From positions 2,294,001 through 2,358,000 of the forward strand of contig CM119373.1 in the NCBI GenBank assembly GCA_051294905.1: a stretch of 64,000 bases of DNA, in the 5' to 3' direction. The notes under the pieces were generated by a model. It was given only the letters and a program-made list of their open reading frames with translations, was not told the origin of the DNA and made no database searches. Positions within the stretch are counted from its first letter, which is position 1. Each line of letters begins with the position of its first letter. The position numbers and the translations under genes were made by a program. The stretch is from Botryllus schlosseri. Its lineage: Eukaryota. This document shows positions 60,391 through 64,000 of this stretch, piece after piece.

Positions 60391-63276
60391 TTCCTTCAAA
60401 TGTACTACAGTTGGCACACTTTTATGATTCCTAACTTTTCGTGGTGGTTAAGAGTGATATACATTTTTTGAATGCCATTCCATTTAGTCATTCTCCATTT
60501 TGAAGAAGGCACTTTTGAAAGACAATTCAGACATCTACCTTATTACCTATATTACCCTAGGAGGTTTACAGCATGTTATACCGATTGGAGTTGGGGATCT
60601 ATGATGGTTATCCAAGCACGAATCACATCCCTAATCTAACATAAGCCCAGTCGAAATCCAAAATCAAATCCTAGCTAAACCGTAACCCGATATCATTCAG
60701 TTGCTAACACAGGTTAGCCTCACCTCACATTAACCTAATCTTAGACGCAATCCAGAATTCTGACCTAAATCCAATCGTAGGCCCCGATCCACCCTAACAG
60801 CAGGTCCATTGCATGTAATACGTGAGACGAGGGATTACTGAACGCCAAGAATGATATAGTTAACATCGGGCTAAGTAACCCTTACGTATTCAATCATTGT
60901 TACGTTTTGAAATATGAATTGTGATGCTGTATATCGCAATGCCACGCATAATTTCATATTCGCCCACAATTCAGGTATATTAAAAGTGGATTGGTATGGT
61001 GAGATTTTTCCTGCTTTATAGATAGACCGATTCGTGTTGAACAAAGCTTCATGCCATCGGATAGTTACAACGCTGTTCGTGAGTCGAATATGAGAATCGG
61101 CGTAATCAATGTTACTACGATCCGGACCCTGTCACATTCGTGCCTTCCTGAACGGAAGTTCCTAATATTTATGAGTGAAAAAAGAACAGGTGTTGTATCT
61201 CCATAATCACGGACACAGAATACTATTTCGACGTTTATACCTAACTGCCGCGGCCTTATTCATTCTGCGTCAAGTCGAAGAGAGGTATTTTGCAATTTCG
61301 AAAGCTGCCACCGTAGATAGACTAGCGTAAGTCTGCGGCGACTCCTCGACCCAATTCACTGCTTCATACTGAACACATGTCGGTAACTTTCAAAGATTTC
61401 AATTTTACTTTTTATTTCGTGCTGTTTTGGATATCTTGAAAATTGAGTATATCACGAAAGCTTAAGTTGACCAGCTCAGTTCTATGGTGTGACTCATGTT
61501 ACAGCTTTGTTAGCGACTGAGCATCATTACCTTGTTTGTCTTTCAATTTAATTACTGCACGGTTTGATACAATCTACATTATCAATCAAAGTTTTTCTTT
61601 CTCTGCCAATCCATATCTGCGTTATATTGGTTACTTTGTGGAAAAACAGTTGAAGATGCGTGGTGTTAAGGATCATTATAAATCCTACATTGCAATTACC
61701 TATATTCCTATTTGCCTATATTCCTATTACTTATTGGCTGACGTACCTATACGTACTTCTATTTGTGCTGTTTACATTCCGCAAAGCATATTTTGGATTA
61801 AAAGATTGTGTTTGGTTTATACCGGAGTTACGTTATATCGCTAAGATTACACAGGGTTCTGCGCCAAGTATAGTCAAGAAGGCTGCTCAAGTTCAATTAG
61901 AGGTAGAAGAAGCCAAGCTGAATCTTACTCAAGTGCGAGTAGGAGTGGTGCTTTTCTTATCAACATCAAAATTACTTCAAGTAGAAATAGAATGTGCAAT
62001 GTTTGAAAACTACTTAAGTTAGCAGTCTTGAAAAGCAGTCAAATATACGTTCTTGTGGTTCGTCAAAACATGGAAATTTAAATGTGCAGACGGTGCAGAG
62101 AGCTACATTTGTGTTGCTATACATCCAATAAAGGAAATATGGATATAAAGTGAAGGAAAACTACTTGAGTAGGCCTATATACTTCGTTTCTGACCGCCTA
62201 TATGTTCACCACCAGTTCATATCGCGCGCCGTTCAGAAAAAAAGCATTACCACATTGAGCCGAAGTCCCACGTCGGGTAGGGCCTAAACGCACTATACGT
62301 CTGGTATACTTCTCATAGTATGCATGGGAGCTTGGGCATTGCAAGTCTTAATAGCAAACCAATTACTTGGATTAAATATCGAACATTGACGATATATTAA
62401 ACTTAATTTTCGCCGAACATTTAAACGTAAACTAATTATTAGTGTTACAGTGGGCTGCGAAAATTGATCCCATCAGAAATACGCGCCTACTATCGCGTCA
62501 ATATTACCTTTACCTTTTGTAACAGTTTGAACGACACATATGTGATGTGTAATTAAGCAAATTCCAGGAGTCAAGCTACTGGTAATCAAAGCCATCCAGA
62601 TATGGCGTAAAATTAAACACACTGATATCATTTAGTGTTATCTTATTGTACTAGTGCTTTTACGATGGGCAGGTCGACGCATTTGCCCTTGCCGCTGCCT
62701 AATCTACCGTAAGTCTATCGTTAGATTTCTATCACCACCTATCCGCTGATTCGATCACTTTCACTTCATTCATATCAAGCAAATATTATACACGTCTAGA
62801 GACCGAACAACCAGTTTACGTCTGCGTAACAATATCAATCGTGCAAGTGATACAAGCATACTCCATAACTACTTCCCCATTCACAATTCGCAAACTGTAA
62901 GAAGTTAGTAGTTTTGCCGACAAAAAAGTCGGAGTCGAAGCAGTCTAACATGTAACCCAGGTAATATAACCGAGTCACAAGTTAATCCCACTTTTAAAGT
63001 TCTGGCTCGAGTCAAGTCGGGTCATTTTCAATTCATTACCGGGTCAAGTCTGCGTCCAAGTTAAAAAGCAACAGGTAGAGTCCGAGTCACAGTGTGGAGA
63101 CTCGAGACCACGTCATTGTGTTTACAGTTCACAGTGTTCAGTTTCGAATTAAAGTCAGGTTCAACACCTTTTTAATAACTCGACGTGCGTGATATCGAAT
63201 GGCTGGCGTAAACGATACTAATTAGCTTCACGCTTAACAGTTTCTGGCCCCATTTGTCAAGTAACTGTACTAATGT

Positions 63277-63400
63277 GGCGAGATATCGTAGTGGTATAAT
63301 CCACGGCTGCGACACCAATGGGTCGCGGGATCGAGTCCGACCGAGGTTGACTCCAGAATTCCTACCTAAGTGTTGAAGATTTATCTAGGCTCCCCCCCCC
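63277..63400 (+). mobile_element. tRNA-derived SINE-like head
   Basis: A-box-like TAGTGGTATAA, B-box-like GGGATCGAGTCC (63327-63338), then GAGGTTGACTC. No clean cloverleaf. Confidence 0.45.
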
Positions 63401-64000
63401 CGCCATCTCATCCGTGTAAGTGGTGTCTTATAAAGGTGTAGAAGTGGGCCGTGCTAGAAGTCGGCAGCTACGGAATAAAAAATCAAAGAAAATTGGCCAG
63501 GTGTAAATGACCATAGTAGTCGACAACCACCATGAATACCTCAAACAAACAGACAAACAAACCTGTAATGATGGAAGAAATACCGATATGTGGTGACTTT
63601 ACTATTTATCGAAGTTGCAATGAAATGCCTGTATTGGCCGTCGAATTCTCGAGTCATAAGACTTGGTAGAGTCATGTACAATGACTCGAGTACAATTCAA
63701 GCCAATATTCAAATTGATTCAAGTCGATTCGAGTCAATATTCCGAATTTTCGGGAAATGAATCGAGTCATTACAACGATGAATATCCACCCACCTGAGTA
63801 AGAAGTGCGGGTAGGCAAAATCTACTTGAGGACTCGGAAAAGTAGAAATGCTTCATCACTGACCAGCGCACTGCTTTTTGTCACCAAAGAACATACGAAC
63901 GCACTCATTCAACCCAATAACGCAATCTATTAGCTGTCAAGCATTATGTTTAAAAACACGTGCAAACGATATATGGCGCGATTCACGATTTACCATCAAT

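Overview
Repeat-rich, AT-rich eukaryotic (metazoan, probably invertebrate) genomic DNA; most ORF-track entries are chance ORFs. Two host genes are supportable. One is an apparently single-exon MFS transporter of the SLC18B1 type (59047-60390, +). The other is a spliced minus-strand gene of unknown identity (candidate exons 25918-25966, 3332-4294, 1049-1069, 705-895), which probably continues beyond the window start. The remainder is a dense transposon landscape. It includes a 5'-truncated Penelope-like retroelement (GIY-YIG endonuclease ORF followed by a minimal hammerhead ribozyme), several solo or palindromic copies of its ribozyme-bearing end, many hAT non-autonomous elements (six with perfect 8-bp target-site duplications, some nested, several with transposase remnants), a 663-bp foldback element, about ten copies of a 42-bp-minisatellite-carrying element with a terminal hairpin, and tRNA-derived SINE-like heads. 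The most interesting signal is the ribozyme. Its stem II is reduced to one base pair, and its loop II can pair either with its own catalytic CUGAC core or with a duplicate of that core 13 nt upstream, which suggests a built-in on/off fold. All calls were made by eye without database searches.
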